From assembly GCA_963675665.1 (NCBI GenBank), contig OY776510.1, forward strand, positions 3,392,001 through 3,456,000: 64,000 nt of DNA, read 5' to 3'. Of this stretch, positions 1 through 10,702 are shown piece by piece. The stretch is from Spirochaetia bacterium. Its GTDB lineage: Bacteria; Spirochaetota; Spirochaetia; UBA9216. The translations under genes and the position numbers were made by a program. Below the pieces are notes generated by a model. That model saw only the letters and a program-made list of their open reading frames with translations. It searched no databases and was not told the origin of the DNA. Within the stretch, counting starts at the first letter, position 1, and every line of letters begins with the position of its first letter.

Positions 1-2
1 GG

Positions 3-710
3 AACAGAAAGCGTGCAAATATTCAGACTATTGCGGCAAATATTGATCTTCTGGTATGTATTATTTCTCCAATATCTCCGCCTTTCAAGCCGAGGTTTGT
101 TGATCGGGTACTGGTCAATTCGGAGGACAACCTTCCGGTATTAATTGTACTGAACAAAACAGATCAGGGATTAGCAGAAGAGGCTGTTCACAGAATAAAC
201 AACTGGAAACAAATGGGCTATGAAGTTATCCTGACCTCCGTGAAAACAGGCGAAGGTATTGAAGACGTAAAAAAGATTATTAAAGGCAGAACAGCAGCTT
301 TTGTAGGACAGTCGGGTGTGGGGAAGTCTTCCATTTTGAATAAAATTGAACCGGGTTTGAACTTCAGGGTCGGAAGCGTCTCCGAGAAATTCAACAAGGG
401 GACCCATACTACGTGTTTTGCTGTGCTTGAATCCTGGCAGAGCGGATTTATCATAGATACACCGGGAATAAAGGAAATAGATCCTGTAGGTATAGAGCCA
501 GAAATACTCTCACATTTCATGCGTGATTTTAAACCGTTTATCGGAAAATGTCTGCACAATGTTTGTCTTCATAAAAATGAACCTGGTTGTGCTGTTAAAA
601 AGGCGGTAGAAGACGGTGTTATTATTGAAGAACGTTACGACAGTTATTTAAGAATGCTTCAGGATCTTGAAAGCCGCATAAAAAGAAATAAATATCGCAA
701 GGAGGGATAA
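3..710 (+). CDS. rsgA: Ribosome small subunit-dependent GTPase A (5'-truncated by window edge)
   Basis: Frame is open from nt 3 (QTIAANID...NKTD). Circularly permuted GTPase motifs NKTD, GQSGVGKSS, GTHTT, DTPG; C-terminal Zn site CxxxxCxHxxEPGC. Confidence 0.95.
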   Translation, partial: NRKRANIQTIAANIDLLVCIISPISPPFKPRFVDRVLVNSEDNLPVLIVLNKTDQGLAEEAVHRINNWKQMGYEVILTSVKTGEGIEDVKKIIKGRTAAFVGQSGVGKSSILNKIEPGLNFRVGSVSEKFNKGTHTTCFAVLESWQSGFIIDTPGIKEIDPVGIEPEILSHFMRDFKPFIGKCLHNVCLHKNEPGCAVKKAVEDGVIIEERYDSYLRMLQDLESRIKRNKYRKEG

Positions 711-712
711 AA

Positions 713-3082
713 CTGGAACGCCAAACGCTGGAACTTCTCGAGTTTGACAATATAAGAAATACAATATCCTCATATGCACGATCACCGGGTGGAGCGGCAC
801 TGATAAAAAAACAGGATTTCGATAACGATTTCGAAATTCTTGAAAACCGGAAGGATATAGTTTCCGACTGGAAAATACTGCTGGGATCGGATTTAAAAAC
901 GCCGGACTTGTTTTTTCCGGAAATCCTTTTTCTGGAACGGCTTAACATTTCAGGAAGTGTTCTTGAAGGATTGGAGCTTGCGGATGCAGCAGCATATATA
1001 AAATCAGCAGTGCTGATGAAAAAATTTTGCTGTAAAGAACCGGATAATATTACTTTGAGCGGAGCTCTTCGAAAAGAAGCGGAACTGCTGCCTGATCTGG
1101 TTGAATATGCTGAAGCAATTCTGAAAGAGTTGAATCCTGACGGCAGTGTGAAGGATAATCATCCGCTGTTAAAAAAGGCAAGGGCCCGGATAGCAGGATT
1201 ACACGGCCGGATAAATAAAATAACGTCCGTATATATGGCTGAGAACAGGGATATATGGCAGGCGGCAGTGCCTTCGCAGCGGGACGGCAGAATAGTTCTT
1301 CCGTTGAAATCGAATTTCAGGGGAAGGGTAAAAGGCCTGGTTCACGAGGTTTCGACAAGCGGAGCAACGGTTTTTATTGAGCCTTTCGACCTGGTCGAAC
1401 TCAATAATGAAATGACTTTCGAGCAGAATCAGCTTAATCAGCAGGTAATAAAAATATACAGAGGGCTGACTGACAAACTCCGCGAAGGGGTAGACGAACT
1501 TGATACGCTAAACCGTCAGGTTTCCTATCTCGATTCCTGGTATGCCCGTGCTGAATACAGTATCAGAAATAAATGTATACGACCACAAAACTGTGAAAAC
1601 GGGATTGTAATAAAAAAGGGACGTCATCCGTTGCTGGGAGAATCTGCAGTACCTATCAGTCTTTCATATAATGATGAGATAAGTATTCTGATTATAACAG
1701 GGCCCAATGCCGGAGGTAAAACGGTAACGTTGAAAACCTGCGGGATTTTTGTTTTGATGAATCAGTTTGCCTGTGAACTTCCTGCAATGGAAGGAACTGC
1801 AATAGGAATGTATGATGATGTATTTGCAGATATAGGTGATGACCAGTCTATAGAAGAATCGCTGTCAACTTTCTCCGGACACATGAAAAGAATAAGTGAA
1901 ATAACCAAAAAGGCAGGAAGCAGTTCGCTTGTACTGCTTGATGAGCTTGGTTCCGGAACCGACCCATCCCAGGGTTCGGCTATTGCGATGGGAATTCTCG
2001 AACATCTGAGAACAAACAGTATTTCAACAATTGTCACAACGCATCATGCTGCTGTTAAAAATTTCGGTTATACACACAAAGGTGCGGTAAACGCATCAGT
2101 TGCTTTTGATGCGGTTACAATGAAGCCCACCTACGAAATAATTGAAGGAGTGCCAGGAGAAAGCCATGCGTTGGAGATAGCACAGTCTATAGGACTGCCT
2201 GAAGAAATAATCAGCAAAGCCGGACAATATATGGAAAGCGGAGACGTTACCGTATCAGAAATGATCAGGGAACTGGAACGCAGGCAGAACCTTATTTTTG
2301 AACGCGACAGAAAGCTGGCCGAAGCGGAGAAGGAAATTCGTGAAGATCGCAGGGCTCTTGATCTTGCCAAGTTGAGGTTGAGACAGTCCCAGCATGAAAT
2401 AGGTCTTGATGATTATGGAAAGATGAAATCATTTCTTAAGGAATCAAGAAAAGAACTTGAAAATCTTGTGAGGGAATTGCGAGAAGGCGAGATAACCAGG
2501 GTTAAAACAAAAAAAGTCAAAAATTTTGTTGCATCAGTAGAAGAAAAGCTTGATATAGAGAAAGCTGAAATAGAAAAGACAGAGGAAGAAATTGCCCTGT
2601 ATAATTCGGATGATGAAAATGGTACTGACGACGGTGTTATTAAGTTGCAGCCGGGGACGGAAGTAAAATACAGGAAAAACAATAAAACGGGTATCCTTGT
2701 TGAGGAAAGGAAAAAAGACTCCTGGCTTGTTGCATTCGGAAATGTAAAACTGACCATAAAAACCAGGGACCTGACGGCAATAAAAAGCAGCGGAAAGAAA
2801 AAGGCTGTGAAAGCATCAGGTGTAGCGGGGTTCACCGCAAGAGCTGTTTTTGAGCTGGACCTGCGTGGAATGAGGGCGTATGAAGCAGAATCAGCACTGA
2901 TTAAGCAAATAGATTCTGCATTACTGAGCGGTATGAACGAATTCAGCATTATTCACGGACTTGGTGAAGGTGTTCTGCAGAAAACAGTACAGGACTTCCT
3001 TCGTTCCTGCGAAGCTGTAAAATCTTTTTCTTTTTCAGATCCTGAACAGGGCGGATTCGGGAAAACAATAGTAAGGTTATAG
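713..3082 (+). CDS. mutS2: Endonuclease MutS2 (probable CTG start at 713)
   Basis: Walker A TGPNAGGKT, QSIEESLSTFSGH, LLDELGSGTDP, coiled coil, C-terminal Smr domain (LDLRG...IIHGLGEG...GGFG). Frame is open upstream of 908 to CTG 713, giving the typical N-terminus ERQTLELLEFDNIR; GGAGG at 701-705. Confidence 0.93.
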   Translation: MERQTLELLEFDNIRNTISSYARSPGGAALIKKQDFDNDFEILENRKDIVSDWKILLGSDLKTPDLFFPEILFLERLNISGSVLEGLELADAAAYIKSAVLMKKFCCKEPDNITLSGALRKEAELLPDLVEYAEAILKELNPDGSVKDNHPLLKKARARIAGLHGRINKITSVYMAENRDIWQAAVPSQRDGRIVLPLKSNFRGRVKGLVHEVSTSGATVFIEPFDLVELNNEMTFEQNQLNQQVIKIYRGLTDKLREGVDELDTLNRQVSYLDSWYARAEYSIRNKCIRPQNCENGIVIKKGRHPLLGESAVPISLSYNDEISILIITGPNAGGKTVTLKTCGIFVLMNQFACELPAMEGTAIGMYDDVFADIGDDQSIEESLSTFSGHMKRISEITKKAGSSSLVLLDELGSGTDPSQGSAIAMGILEHLRTNSISTIVTTHHAAVKNFGYTHKGAVNASVAFDAVTMKPTYEIIEGVPGESHALEIAQSIGLPEEIISKAGQYMESGDVTVSEMIRELERRQNLIFERDRKLAEAEKEIREDRRALDLAKLRLRQSQHEIGLDDYGKMKSFLKESRKELENLVRELREGEITRVKTKKVKNFVASVEEKLDIEKAEIEKTEEEIALYNSDDENGTDDGVIKLQPGTEVKYRKNNKTGILVEERKKDSWLVAFGNVKLTIKTRDLTAIKSSGKKKAVKASGVAGFTARAVFELDLRGMRAYEAESALIKQIDSALLSGMNEFSIIHGLGEGVLQKTVQDFLRSCEAVKSFSFSDPEQGGFGKTIVRL

Positions 3083-3086
3083 TTCA

Positions 3087-3485
3087 ATGATTTACAGCCG
3101 GAAAATACTGCAGTTTGACAGCACACTAAAAAAAATATTTGATATGATTGACGATTTTCTGGAAAACAATTATGGTAATAATTATCATTTGCATCCCAAC
3201 AGACCTGTGCGGGGCAGTACGGCAAATAAGGCCAGCGACGGACTGTTTAATGTGGGAGCAAGCTTCAGCGCCGGTTACGGTTCTGTTTACGGCAGAGGAT
3301 ATGTTGTAGATGTAGATCTGGCAACTCTGGATCATGTTCCTGAAAAAGTTCAGATTGATATAGAAAACGAGGTAGCGGACTTACTGAGTGAAATAATTCC
3401 GCAGTACTTTCCGGGACAGGATATCAGAATCAGTCGCGACGGCGGCGTTTTAAAGATTTACGGTGAGTTGATCTTGAAAGAATAG
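3087..3485 (+). CDS. Hypothetical protein, 132 aa
   Basis: ORF starts 4 nt after the mutS2 stop; no recognised domain. Confidence 0.75.
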   Translation: MIYSRKILQFDSTLKKIFDMIDDFLENNYGNNYHLHPNRPVRGSTANKASDGLFNVGASFSAGYGSVYGRGYVVDVDLATLDHVPEKVQIDIENEVADLLSEIIPQYFPGQDIRISRDGGVLKIYGELILKE

Positions 3486-3518
3486 TATGAAAATCATTTG
3501 GCTTTATTGCTGAAAAGC

Positions 3519-3547
3519 TTGCATCGGCATTAAAGGTCTTATAAAAT
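3519..3547 (+). promoter_or_regulatory. Putative sigma70 promoter of the V-ATPase operon
   Basis: TTGCAT(3519-3524)-17 nt-TAAAAT(3542-3547); GAGG RBS before ATG 3581. Confidence 0.6.
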
Positions 3548-3580
3548 TAAATTAACAGAAATTGTTATTGTGAGGAAAAT

Positions 3581-4186
3581 ATGGATGTTCAACTCAAAGA
3601 GCTTTTAGAAAAAATCAATAAGGATGGTGTTGAAACTGCTGAGCAGAAAGCTTCGGTGATCATTACTGACGCAGAAAAAAAAGCTGAAGAAATTGTCTCA
3701 AAAGCCAGGAAAGAGGCGGATAAAATTGTTGCGGAAGGCAAATCCAGGGCTGCCAGAGCAGAATCCGGCGGAAAAGCTGCTGTTGCCCAGGCCGGCAGAG
3801 ACCTTGTTCTTAAAGTAAAGAAGGAAATTGAGAATCTTTTTGATCAGATTATTTCTGCAGACACCGGAAAAGCGATGAGCGGTAAAATTCTGGAAGAAGC
3901 TGTTGTGATTATTGTAAAAGCATGGGCTGAAAAAGGCGAATATAATGTTCAGCTTTCGGAAAAAGATTTTTCAGAAATAGGTAAATCATGCATTTCGAAA
4001 CTTGTCGCTGAATTGAAGGGCGGAACAGAGATAAAGCCTTTCCCGGGAGTTGAACACGGATTTCGTTTGAGTGAAAAGGATGGAGGGGCTTACTATAACT
4101 TTACTGCCGAAGCAGTTGCGGCAAACCTTGCTGAACTTTTAAATCCAAAACTTGCTGAAATTATCCAGACTTCGTCAGAGGAGTAA
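3581..4186 (+). CDS. V/A-type ATP synthase subunit E
   Basis: MDVQLKELLEKINKDGV N-terminus, Ala/Glu/Lys-rich coiled coil, first gene of the operon. Confidence 0.9.
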   Translation: MDVQLKELLEKINKDGVETAEQKASVIITDAEKKAEEIVSKARKEADKIVAEGKSRAARAESGGKAAVAQAGRDLVLKVKKEIENLFDQIISADTGKAMSGKILEEAVVIIVKAWAEKGEYNVQLSEKDFSEIGKSCISKLVAELKGGTEIKPFPGVEHGFRLSEKDGGAYYNFTAEAVAANLAELLNPKLAEIIQTSSEE

Positions 4187-4189
4187 GTT

Positions 4190-4744
4190 TTGGCAGAATA
4201 TTATTATACGGTTGCATCATTACCGATGCTGACCATTAATCAGGATCCGCCGATAACAATAGATTATTTCACGGAAACATGCAGATACACTATGTCCGAA
4301 CAGGATTTCAGAACTCTTATGACTGCTGAAATAGCTCCTGTAAATCCGTCGACCCAAAAAACAATTGAAATGTGGCAAAACTGGGAAAGATCATTAAGAA
4401 ATGAGCTTGCCAGGATACGATCGCAAAAGACCGGGATTGATGCCGAACGGTATTTAAGGGAAGGTGATACTTCAACGGGAGTTTTTGATGCGGCAAGAGA
4501 AGCCGCAGGAGCAGTAAATCCGCAGGCGGGAGAAGATATCCTTGATAATGCGAGATGGAGATATCTTGACGAGCTGGAAAGCAGTCATAATTTTGATTTG
4601 ACAAAACTGATTGTTTATTATCTGAAACTTCAAATTGCAGAACGAAAAAAAAGCATGAACACTGAAAACGGCTCGGAAAAATACAGGGAAATATATAACG
4701 GAATTACGGATAAAATACATCAATCTTACGATGGAGAATTATAG
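4190..4744 (+). CDS. DUF2764-family protein (V-ATPase subunit C-like)
   Basis: YYYTVASLP N-terminus, WERSLRNELA, RWRYLDELE..HNFD..LIVYYLKL; lies between subunits E and A; TTG start. Confidence 0.85.
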   Translation: MAEYYYTVASLPMLTINQDPPITIDYFTETCRYTMSEQDFRTLMTAEIAPVNPSTQKTIEMWQNWERSLRNELARIRSQKTGIDAERYLREGDTSTGVFDAAREAAGAVNPQAGEDILDNARWRYLDELESSHNFDLTKLIVYYLKLQIAERKKSMNTENGSEKYREIYNGITDKIHQSYDGEL

Positions 4745-6511
4745 ATGGCAGTAAGTAAAGGCAAAGTAATAGGTGTAAATGGAAACATGGTAACCGTAGA
4801 GGTTGAAGATGTTGTTTCCATGAATGAAGTTGCCTATATAGAGGTAGGCGAACAGAGGCTGAAAGCCGAGGTTATCAGGATAAAGGGTGATCGGGCAGAA
4901 CTCCAGGTATTTGAAATGACCGAAGGCATCGGTATCGGCGATAAGGTAAGTTTCTCCGAGGATATGCTTTCTGTACAGCTTGGGCCGGGATTGCTGGGAC
5001 AGGTTTTTGACGGGCTGCAGAACCCGCTTCCGAAGCTTGCGGAGGAATGCGGTTTCTTTCTTGAAAGGGGTGTTTATCTTGAAGCGCTTCCTGCAGACAG
5101 GAAATGGGATTTTACACCGGCGCTTGCAGCCGGCGCTACCGTTGAAAAAGCAGATACTTTGGGAACTGTTCCCGAAGGTATCTTTGAACACCGAATTATG
5201 GTTCCTTTCAACTGCTATGACAGATATACAGTCAAAAAAATTGCAGCTGCAGGTTCATACACCGTCAAGGATGTTATAGCAGAGCTTGAAGACAGCAAAG
5301 GCAATCTGACTGAAATTACAATGAGTTTCAACTGGCCGGTAAAAAGGCCGATATCCGAATATGTTGAAAGATTGCGGCCTGTAAAACCGATGGTAACCAA
5401 GCTCAGGCTGGTTGATACATTTTTTCCTGTTGCTTTGGGTGGAACATATTGTATACCGGGACCTTTCGGCGCAGGTAAAACCGTTCTCCAGCAGGTTACA
5501 AGCAGAAATGCGGATGTTGATATAGTAATAATTGCCGCTTGCGGTGAGCGCGCAGGCGAGGTTGTTGAAACTCTTAAGGAATTTCCTGAGCTTATAGACC
5601 CGAAAACAGGCAAATCGCTGATGGAAAGAACAATTATTATCTGTAATACATCATCAATGCCTGTTGCAGCCCGTGAGGCATCAGTATATACGGCAGTTAC
5701 GCTCGCGGAATATTACCGCCAGATGGGACTGAATGTACTTCTTCTTGCAGACTCAACATCAAGATGGGCGCAGGCAATGCGTGAAATGTCCGGACGTCTT
5801 GAAGAAATACCCGGAGAAGAGGCTTTTCCTGCATATCTTGAGTCAACCATCGCAGGTTTCTATGAGAGAGCAGGACGCGTCAAGCTGAAAGACGGCAGCG
5901 AAGGTTCGGTTACAATCGGCGGAACAGTCTCTCCGGCAGGAGGAAACTTCGAGGAGCCGGTAACGCAGGCTACCCTGAAAGTTGTTGGAGCCTTTCACGG
6001 CCTTTCCAGAGAGCGCTCGGATGCTAGAAAATATCCCGCAATTCACCCGCTTGAGAGCTGGAGTAAATACAGGGGAATTCTCGACGAGGAAAAGACCGAG
6101 ATTGCCCGTGCAATCATATTCAGGGGAAATGAAGTTGAACAGATGATGAAGGTTGTCGGTGAAGAAGGCACAAGTACGGACGACTACATTATATATCTGA
6201 AAGGCGATTTCATCGATTCAATTTACCTGCAGCAGAATTCATTCGACCCTGTAGACAACTCGGTATCTACCGAGCGTCAGGAACATGTTTTTAATATGAT
6301 GTTTGATATAATTACTTCGAAACTTCAGCTTGAAAGCAAGGAAGCGGCCAGAACCTGGTTTTACCAGTTAAGGCAGCGATATCTTGATTACAACGGCGCA
6401 GAGTGGAACAGCAAGGACTTCAAGAAACTGGAAGAAGAGATACTTTCGATGATAAAAGCCAAAAAAAACGGTGTGGATGAAAGTCTCCTGATGCAGCAGG
6501 GAGAGGAGTAG
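4745..6511 (+). CDS. atpA: V/A-type ATP synthase subunit A
   Basis: P-loop [47 protein letters not shown]. Confidence 0.97.
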   Translation: MAVSKGKVIGVNGNMVTVEVEDVVSMNEVAYIEVGEQRLKAEVIRIKGDRAELQVFEMTEGIGIGDKVSFSEDMLSVQLGPGLLGQVFDGLQNPLPKLAEECGFFLERGVYLEALPADRKWDFTPALAAGATVEKADTLGTVPEGIFEHRIMVPFNCYDRYTVKKIAAAGSYTVKDVIAELEDSKGNLTEITMSFNWPVKRPISEYVERLRPVKPMVTKLRLVDTFFPVALGGTYCIPGPFGAGKTVLQQVTSRNADVDIVIIAACGERAGEVVETLKEFPELIDPKTGKSLMERTIIICNTSSMPVAAREASVYTAVTLAEYYRQMGLNVLLLADSTSRWAQAMREMSGRLEEIPGEEAFPAYLESTIAGFYERAGRVKLKDGSEGSVTIGGTVSPAGGNFEEPVTQATLKVVGAFHGLSRERSDARKYPAIHPLESWSKYRGILDEEKTEIARAIIFRGNEVEQMMKVVGEEGTSTDDYIIYLKGDFIDSIYLQQNSFDPVDNSVSTERQEHVFNMMFDIITSKLQLESKEAARTWFYQLRQRYLDYNGAEWNSKDFKKLEEEILSMIKAKKNGVDESLLMQQGEE

Positions 6512-6515
6512 AAAA

Positions 6516-7811
6516 ATGCGGAAAGTGTACAGTAAAATAGAATCAATTGCCGGAAACGTAATTACGGTAAAGGCGGATGGAATAAAATACGGTGAGCTTG
6601 CCGAGGTTACAACATCTTTCGGAAAATCTCTTGCCGATGTAATAAGGCTTGACGGCGAAACCGTATCATTGCAGGTATATTCAGGAGGCCGCGGAGTTTC
6701 AACAGGTGATGAAGTAAGATTTCTCGGCCACCCGATGAGGGTTTCTTTTTCGGATAATCTTCTCGGACGTATTTTTACGGGAAGCGGAAAACCCAGGGAC
6801 AACGGGCCTGAGCTGACTGAGAACATGATTGAAATCGGGGGGCCGTCGGTAAACCCCGCAAAAAGAATTATCCCGAGAAACATGATCAGGACCGGGTTGC
6901 CGATGATAGACGTTTTCAACTCGCTTGTTGAATCGCAGAAGCTACCGATATTCTCTGTTTCCGGAGAGCCGTACAATGAGCTTCTTGCAAGAATAGCCAT
7001 GCAGGCCGAAGTAGATATGATTATTCTCGGGGGGATGGGGTTAAAATATGATGATTACCTGTTTTTCCGCGACACACTGGAAGAAGGCGGGGCTTTAAGC
7101 AGAACAATATTCTTTGTTCATACAGCAGCAGATCCTATCGTAGAATGTCTGCTTGTGCCGGACATTTCTCTTGCCGTAGCAGAAAAATTTGCCCTGAAGG
7201 GAAAGAAGGTGCTTGTGCTGTTAACGGATATGACGAACTTTTCGGACGCAATGAAAGAAATTGCAATTACGCAGGAACAGGTGCCGTCTAACCGCGGTTA
7301 CCCCGGAGACCTTTACAGCCAGCTTGCTTCAAGATATGAAAAAGCCGTCGACTTTGAGGGGGCGGGTTCGATAACGATTCTCGGAGTTACAACAATGCCC
7401 GGCGATGATGTTACCCATCCGGTGCCTGACAATACGGGATATATAACCGAGGGCCAGTATTATCTTAAAAACGGACGTATAGAACCCTTCGGCTCGCTGT
7501 CAAGGCTTAAACAGCAGGTTAACGGAGATACGAGAGAAGACCACCGGGCGCTGATGGACGGAATGATCAAGCTGTACGCTGCCTATCTTGAGTCCGTTGA
7601 AAAGAAATCAATGGGTTTCAGAATGTCCGACTGGGACACGAAACTTCTGAAATACGGCGTTATTTTTGAAAAGGAAATGATGGATCTGACGGTTAACATC
7701 CCGCTTGAAGGCGCTTTGGACAAGGGGTGGGAAATTCTTGCAGATTGTTTTACTCCTGAGGAGACCGGTTTAAAAACGGATCTTTTGAAGAAGTTCTGGC
7801 CGTCGAAATAA
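6516..7811 (+). CDS. atpB: V/A-type ATP synthase subunit B
   Basis: [47 protein letters not shown]. Confidence 0.97.
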   Translation: MRKVYSKIESIAGNVITVKADGIKYGELAEVTTSFGKSLADVIRLDGETVSLQVYSGGRGVSTGDEVRFLGHPMRVSFSDNLLGRIFTGSGKPRDNGPELTENMIEIGGPSVNPAKRIIPRNMIRTGLPMIDVFNSLVESQKLPIFSVSGEPYNELLARIAMQAEVDMIILGGMGLKYDDYLFFRDTLEEGGALSRTIFFVHTAADPIVECLLVPDISLAVAEKFALKGKKVLVLLTDMTNFSDAMKEIAITQEQVPSNRGYPGDLYSQLASRYEKAVDFEGAGSITILGVTTMPGDDVTHPVPDNTGYITEGQYYLKNGRIEPFGSLSRLKQQVNGDTREDHRALMDGMIKLYAAYLESVEKKSMGFRMSDWDTKLLKYGVIFEKEMMDLTVNIPLEGALDKGWEILADCFTPEETGLKTDLLKKFWPSK

Positions 7812-7826
7812 ATACGGAAGGTAAAC

Positions 7827-8423
7827 ATGGCTAAAGTAAAGCTTACCAAAAATGAGCTTAAAAAACAGAAAGACTCGCTGAAGCGCTTTACCCGATATCT
7901 TCCGACGCTGCAGCTGAAAAAACAGCAGCTGCAGATGGTAATACGCCAGGTGGAAAACGACATCGAAGAAAAACGACGAGAGATAAACAGGTATGAAGAA
8001 ACCCTGAATGAATGGATCAGTGTTTTCGGAGAAGATACCGGAATAGGCGATATTATCAGGATTAAGGAAATCGGGAAAGACAAGGGGAATATTGCCGGTG
8101 TGGATATTCCTGTTTTTAAAAAGCTTGAATTCGAACCGGTAGAATATGATCTGTTTTTAATGCCTCTTTGGGTTGACCAGGGTGTAAATACTTTGAAAGA
8201 ACTTGCCGCCCTGAATGCGGAAATAGAAGTTCTTCTCGAGCAGAAAGAACTTCTTGATAATGAACTACGCACTACTACACAGAGGGTTAATTTGTTCGAA
8301 AAGGTAAAAATACCCGAAACAAGGGAAATAATCAGAAAGATAGGGATTTATCTCGGAGATCAGCAGACTGCTGCAGTTGTGCGGGGTAAGATGGCCAAGG
8401 GAAAAGTGGTTAAGGTATCATAA
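7827..8423 (+). CDS. atpD: V/A-type ATP synthase subunit D
   Basis: LTKNELK...LPTLQLKKQQL; TTQRVNLFEKVKIP. Confidence 0.95.
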   Translation: MAKVKLTKNELKKQKDSLKRFTRYLPTLQLKKQQLQMVIRQVENDIEEKRREINRYEETLNEWISVFGEDTGIGDIIRIKEIGKDKGNIAGVDIPVFKKLEFEPVEYDLFLMPLWVDQGVNTLKELAALNAEIEVLLEQKELLDNELRTTTQRVNLFEKVKIPETREIIRKIGIYLGDQQTAAVVRGKMAKGKVVKVS

Positions 8424-8424
8424 T

Positions 8425-10242
8425 ATGGCAATAGTTAAGATGAAAAAGGTTTCCCTTGTGTTGTTTGACAAGTACAGGGAAGAATCGCTGGAAAAGTTGA
8501 GAGAAATCGGGGTTGTGCATCTTGAAAAGCTTGAAGGCCGGGGAGAGTATTACGACAGGCTTCATTCTACAGCTGAACAGCTGAAAAATGCAGGAGTGCT
8601 GCTGTCGCCCGACAAGGAAATACTGCAGTCGGAATACAGGGGCGTTGAAGACGCCGTAGAAAAAGCAAAAGAAGTTCTGTCAGTAATTGAACAGAAGAAG
8701 AGCCTTTCTGATAAAGTAAACGGCTGTTTAAAGGAGATAGAACGACTTGAACCGATAGGTGATTTTGAACCTGAAACAGCCGGTACGCTGGCGGAAAAGA
8801 ACCTCGGGTTAACATTGTTTTCTGTCAATAAAACGGATGCAGTGCTTTTTTCCGGAAAAGGCGCCTTCAATGTCGGGGGAACAAAAAGCAAAATGTTTTT
8901 TGCCGTAATCGGAGAAGTTCCTGAAGAGTTAAAAGATTTCGATAAATTCGATCTGCCTGAAAAGTCAATCAGCACGCTAAGAAAGGAAATGTCTGATGCA
9001 GAAGAAGGTATTGCGGAATCTGAAGAAAAAATCAGGAATATGTCAGCATACAGAACTGCTATCCAGAAGGCAGTTGAAGATGTTGAATCTGATATTGATT
9101 TTGAAACAGTACGATCGGGGATCAATATTACCGAAGAACTTTCATATCTGAGAGGATACTGTCCTGAACCTGCAACAGGTAAACTGCAAAAAGAAGCTTC
9201 GGCAAACAGCTGGGGGCTTGTGACGGAAGATCCTTCTGAAGATGATGAGGTGCCGACCCAACTAAAACTGGGCAAGTTCGCATCTTTGCTTGAGCCGGTT
9301 ACAAACTTTCTCGGAATCCTGCCGGGATACCGGGAGTATGATATAAGCTTCTTTTTTCTTTGTTTTTTCTCAATATTTACGGCAATGCTTATAGGCGATG
9401 CCGGATACGGTTCACTGTTTCTAATCATTACAATCGCAGGAATGATTGCTTACAGGGCAAAGAAAGGGAATGTGCCGTGGATATTTTTTCTGCCGCTGCT
9501 TTTAAGTGTAACGACAATAATCTACGGTGCAATTTCCGGAACATGGTTTGCAAGCAAGTCGATTATGGAAATAAGTTTCTTCGACAGTTTGAAACTTGAT
9601 GCTTTCAGGGTGGATTCGGACGCACAGATATCGCTTGTAATGGGAATAAGCTTTTTTCTCGGTATTATTCAGCTTTTAATAGGTGTTGTACAGAATTTTA
9701 AAAAGAATTTTCCCAAATTAAGCAGTTTTGCACAGATAGGATGGTTTGCCGTTCTTGTTGCAATCTATTACCTTGTGCTGACTCTCGTAGTAAAGCGGGA
9801 AGGACTTGAAACATATCCGCAGGAAATGCTTTATGTACTTCTCGGCGGTGTTGTGATCATATTTTTGTTCGGCGCCCAGGAAGAAGGCAGGAGTTTTATC
9901 AGGGGAATAATAAGTTCACTGACAAATTTCCTTCAGCTGTTTCTTGATGTAGTAGGAACTTTTTCGGATATAATGTCTTATGTTAGGCTGTTTGCCGTTG
10001 GTCTTGCATCCGTTAAAATTGCAGAAACATTTAATCAGCTGGGCGCGCAGATGTCGGACGGTCCCATAATAATATTCGGAATTGTAATTGTCATACTAGG
10101 ACATACAATTAATATTGTACTTGGACTGATGGCTATTCTTGTGCATGCCGTCAGGCTTAATATCCTTGAATACTCAGGCAAAGTTGGTGTTGAGTGGTCA
10201 GGGTTTAAATACGAACCTTTCAAAATAAATAAGGAGAATTAA
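8425..10242 (+). CDS. atpI: V/A-type ATP synthase subunit I (a)
   Basis: ATG at 8425 (MAIVKMKKV), soluble N-half, multi-TM C-half with GDAGYG, SDIMSYVRLFAVGLA, HAVRLNILE. Confidence 0.95.
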   Translation: MAIVKMKKVSLVLFDKYREESLEKLREIGVVHLEKLEGRGEYYDRLHSTAEQLKNAGVLLSPDKEILQSEYRGVEDAVEKAKEVLSVIEQKKSLSDKVNGCLKEIERLEPIGDFEPETAGTLAEKNLGLTLFSVNKTDAVLFSGKGAFNVGGTKSKMFFAVIGEVPEELKDFDKFDLPEKSISTLRKEMSDAEEGIAESEEKIRNMSAYRTAIQKAVEDVESDIDFETVRSGINITEELSYLRGYCPEPATGKLQKEASANSWGLVTEDPSEDDEVPTQLKLGKFASLLEPVTNFLGILPGYREYDISFFFLCFFSIFTAMLIGDAGYGSLFLIITIAGMIAYRAKKGNVPWIFFLPLLLSVTTIIYGAISGTWFASKSIMEISFFDSLKLDAFRVDSDAQISLVMGISFFLGIIQLLIGVVQNFKKNFPKLSSFAQIGWFAVLVAIYYLVLTLVVKREGLETYPQEMLYVLLGGVVIIFLFGAQEEGRSFIRGIISSLTNFLQLFLDVVGTFSDIMSYVRLFAVGLASVKIAETFNQLGAQMSDGPIIIFGIVIVILGHTINIVLGLMAILVHAVRLNILEYSGKVGVEWSGFKYEPFKINKEN

Positions 10243-10243
10243 T

Positions 10244-10663
10244 ATGGATTTTGGTATTATCGGACAGGCCGGAGCTTTAGGACTTGCTGCTGTAGGATCG
10301 GCATTAGGATGCGGTACAGCCGCGCAGGCCGCCGTCGGTTCATGGAAAAAGGCGCTTGTCGCCAATAAAGCTCCCAGTATGCTGCTTGCTGCGTTTGTCG
10401 GGTTCCCGCTTTCACAGACACTTTACGGCTTCCTGGTTATGCTTGTTGTAGTTCCCGCAAAAACCGGCGACATGAAACAGCTTGCTACAGGTCTATTCGG
10501 AGGACTTGCCATAGGCATGTCGGCATGGTTTCAGGGTAAGGCTGCAGCAGCAGCTTGTGATGCCCAGACTGAAACCGGTAAGGGTACTGCACAGTATGTT
10601 CTTGCGCTTGGTATAGTTGAATCAATAGCCATTCTGGTATTGGCGTTCCTCTTCCTTATATAA
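10244..10663 (+). CDS. atpK: V/A-type ATP synthase rotor subunit K (4-TM c subunit)
   Basis: Gly/Ala-rich four-helix proteolipid with PLSQTLYG, SAWFQG, GIVES; AAGGAG RBS. Confidence 0.93.
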   Translation: MDFGIIGQAGALGLAAVGSALGCGTAAQAAVGSWKKALVANKAPSMLLAAFVGFPLSQTLYGFLVMLVVVPAKTGDMKQLATGLFGGLAIGMSAWFQGKAAAAACDAQTETGKGTAQYVLALGIVESIAILVLAFLFLI

Positions 10664-10670
10664 AATACAG

Positions 10671-10696
10671 CAGGGGTATTCATCAGAATGCCCCTG
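10671..10696. terminator. Stem-loop after the V-ATPase operon (pause, terminator or stabiliser)
   Basis: CAGGGGTATTC-ATCA-GAATGCCCCTG inverted repeat; no U-tract on + strand. Confidence 0.5.
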
Positions 10697-10702
10697 AAAA
10701 AT

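Noticed and set aside
4317-10223. Long antisense ORFs in the V-ATPase operon (e.g. 6368-7000, 7583-8272, 8562-9428)
   Set aside because: They are shadows of well-supported + strand genes, with Ser/Phe-rich composition typical of antisense frames.
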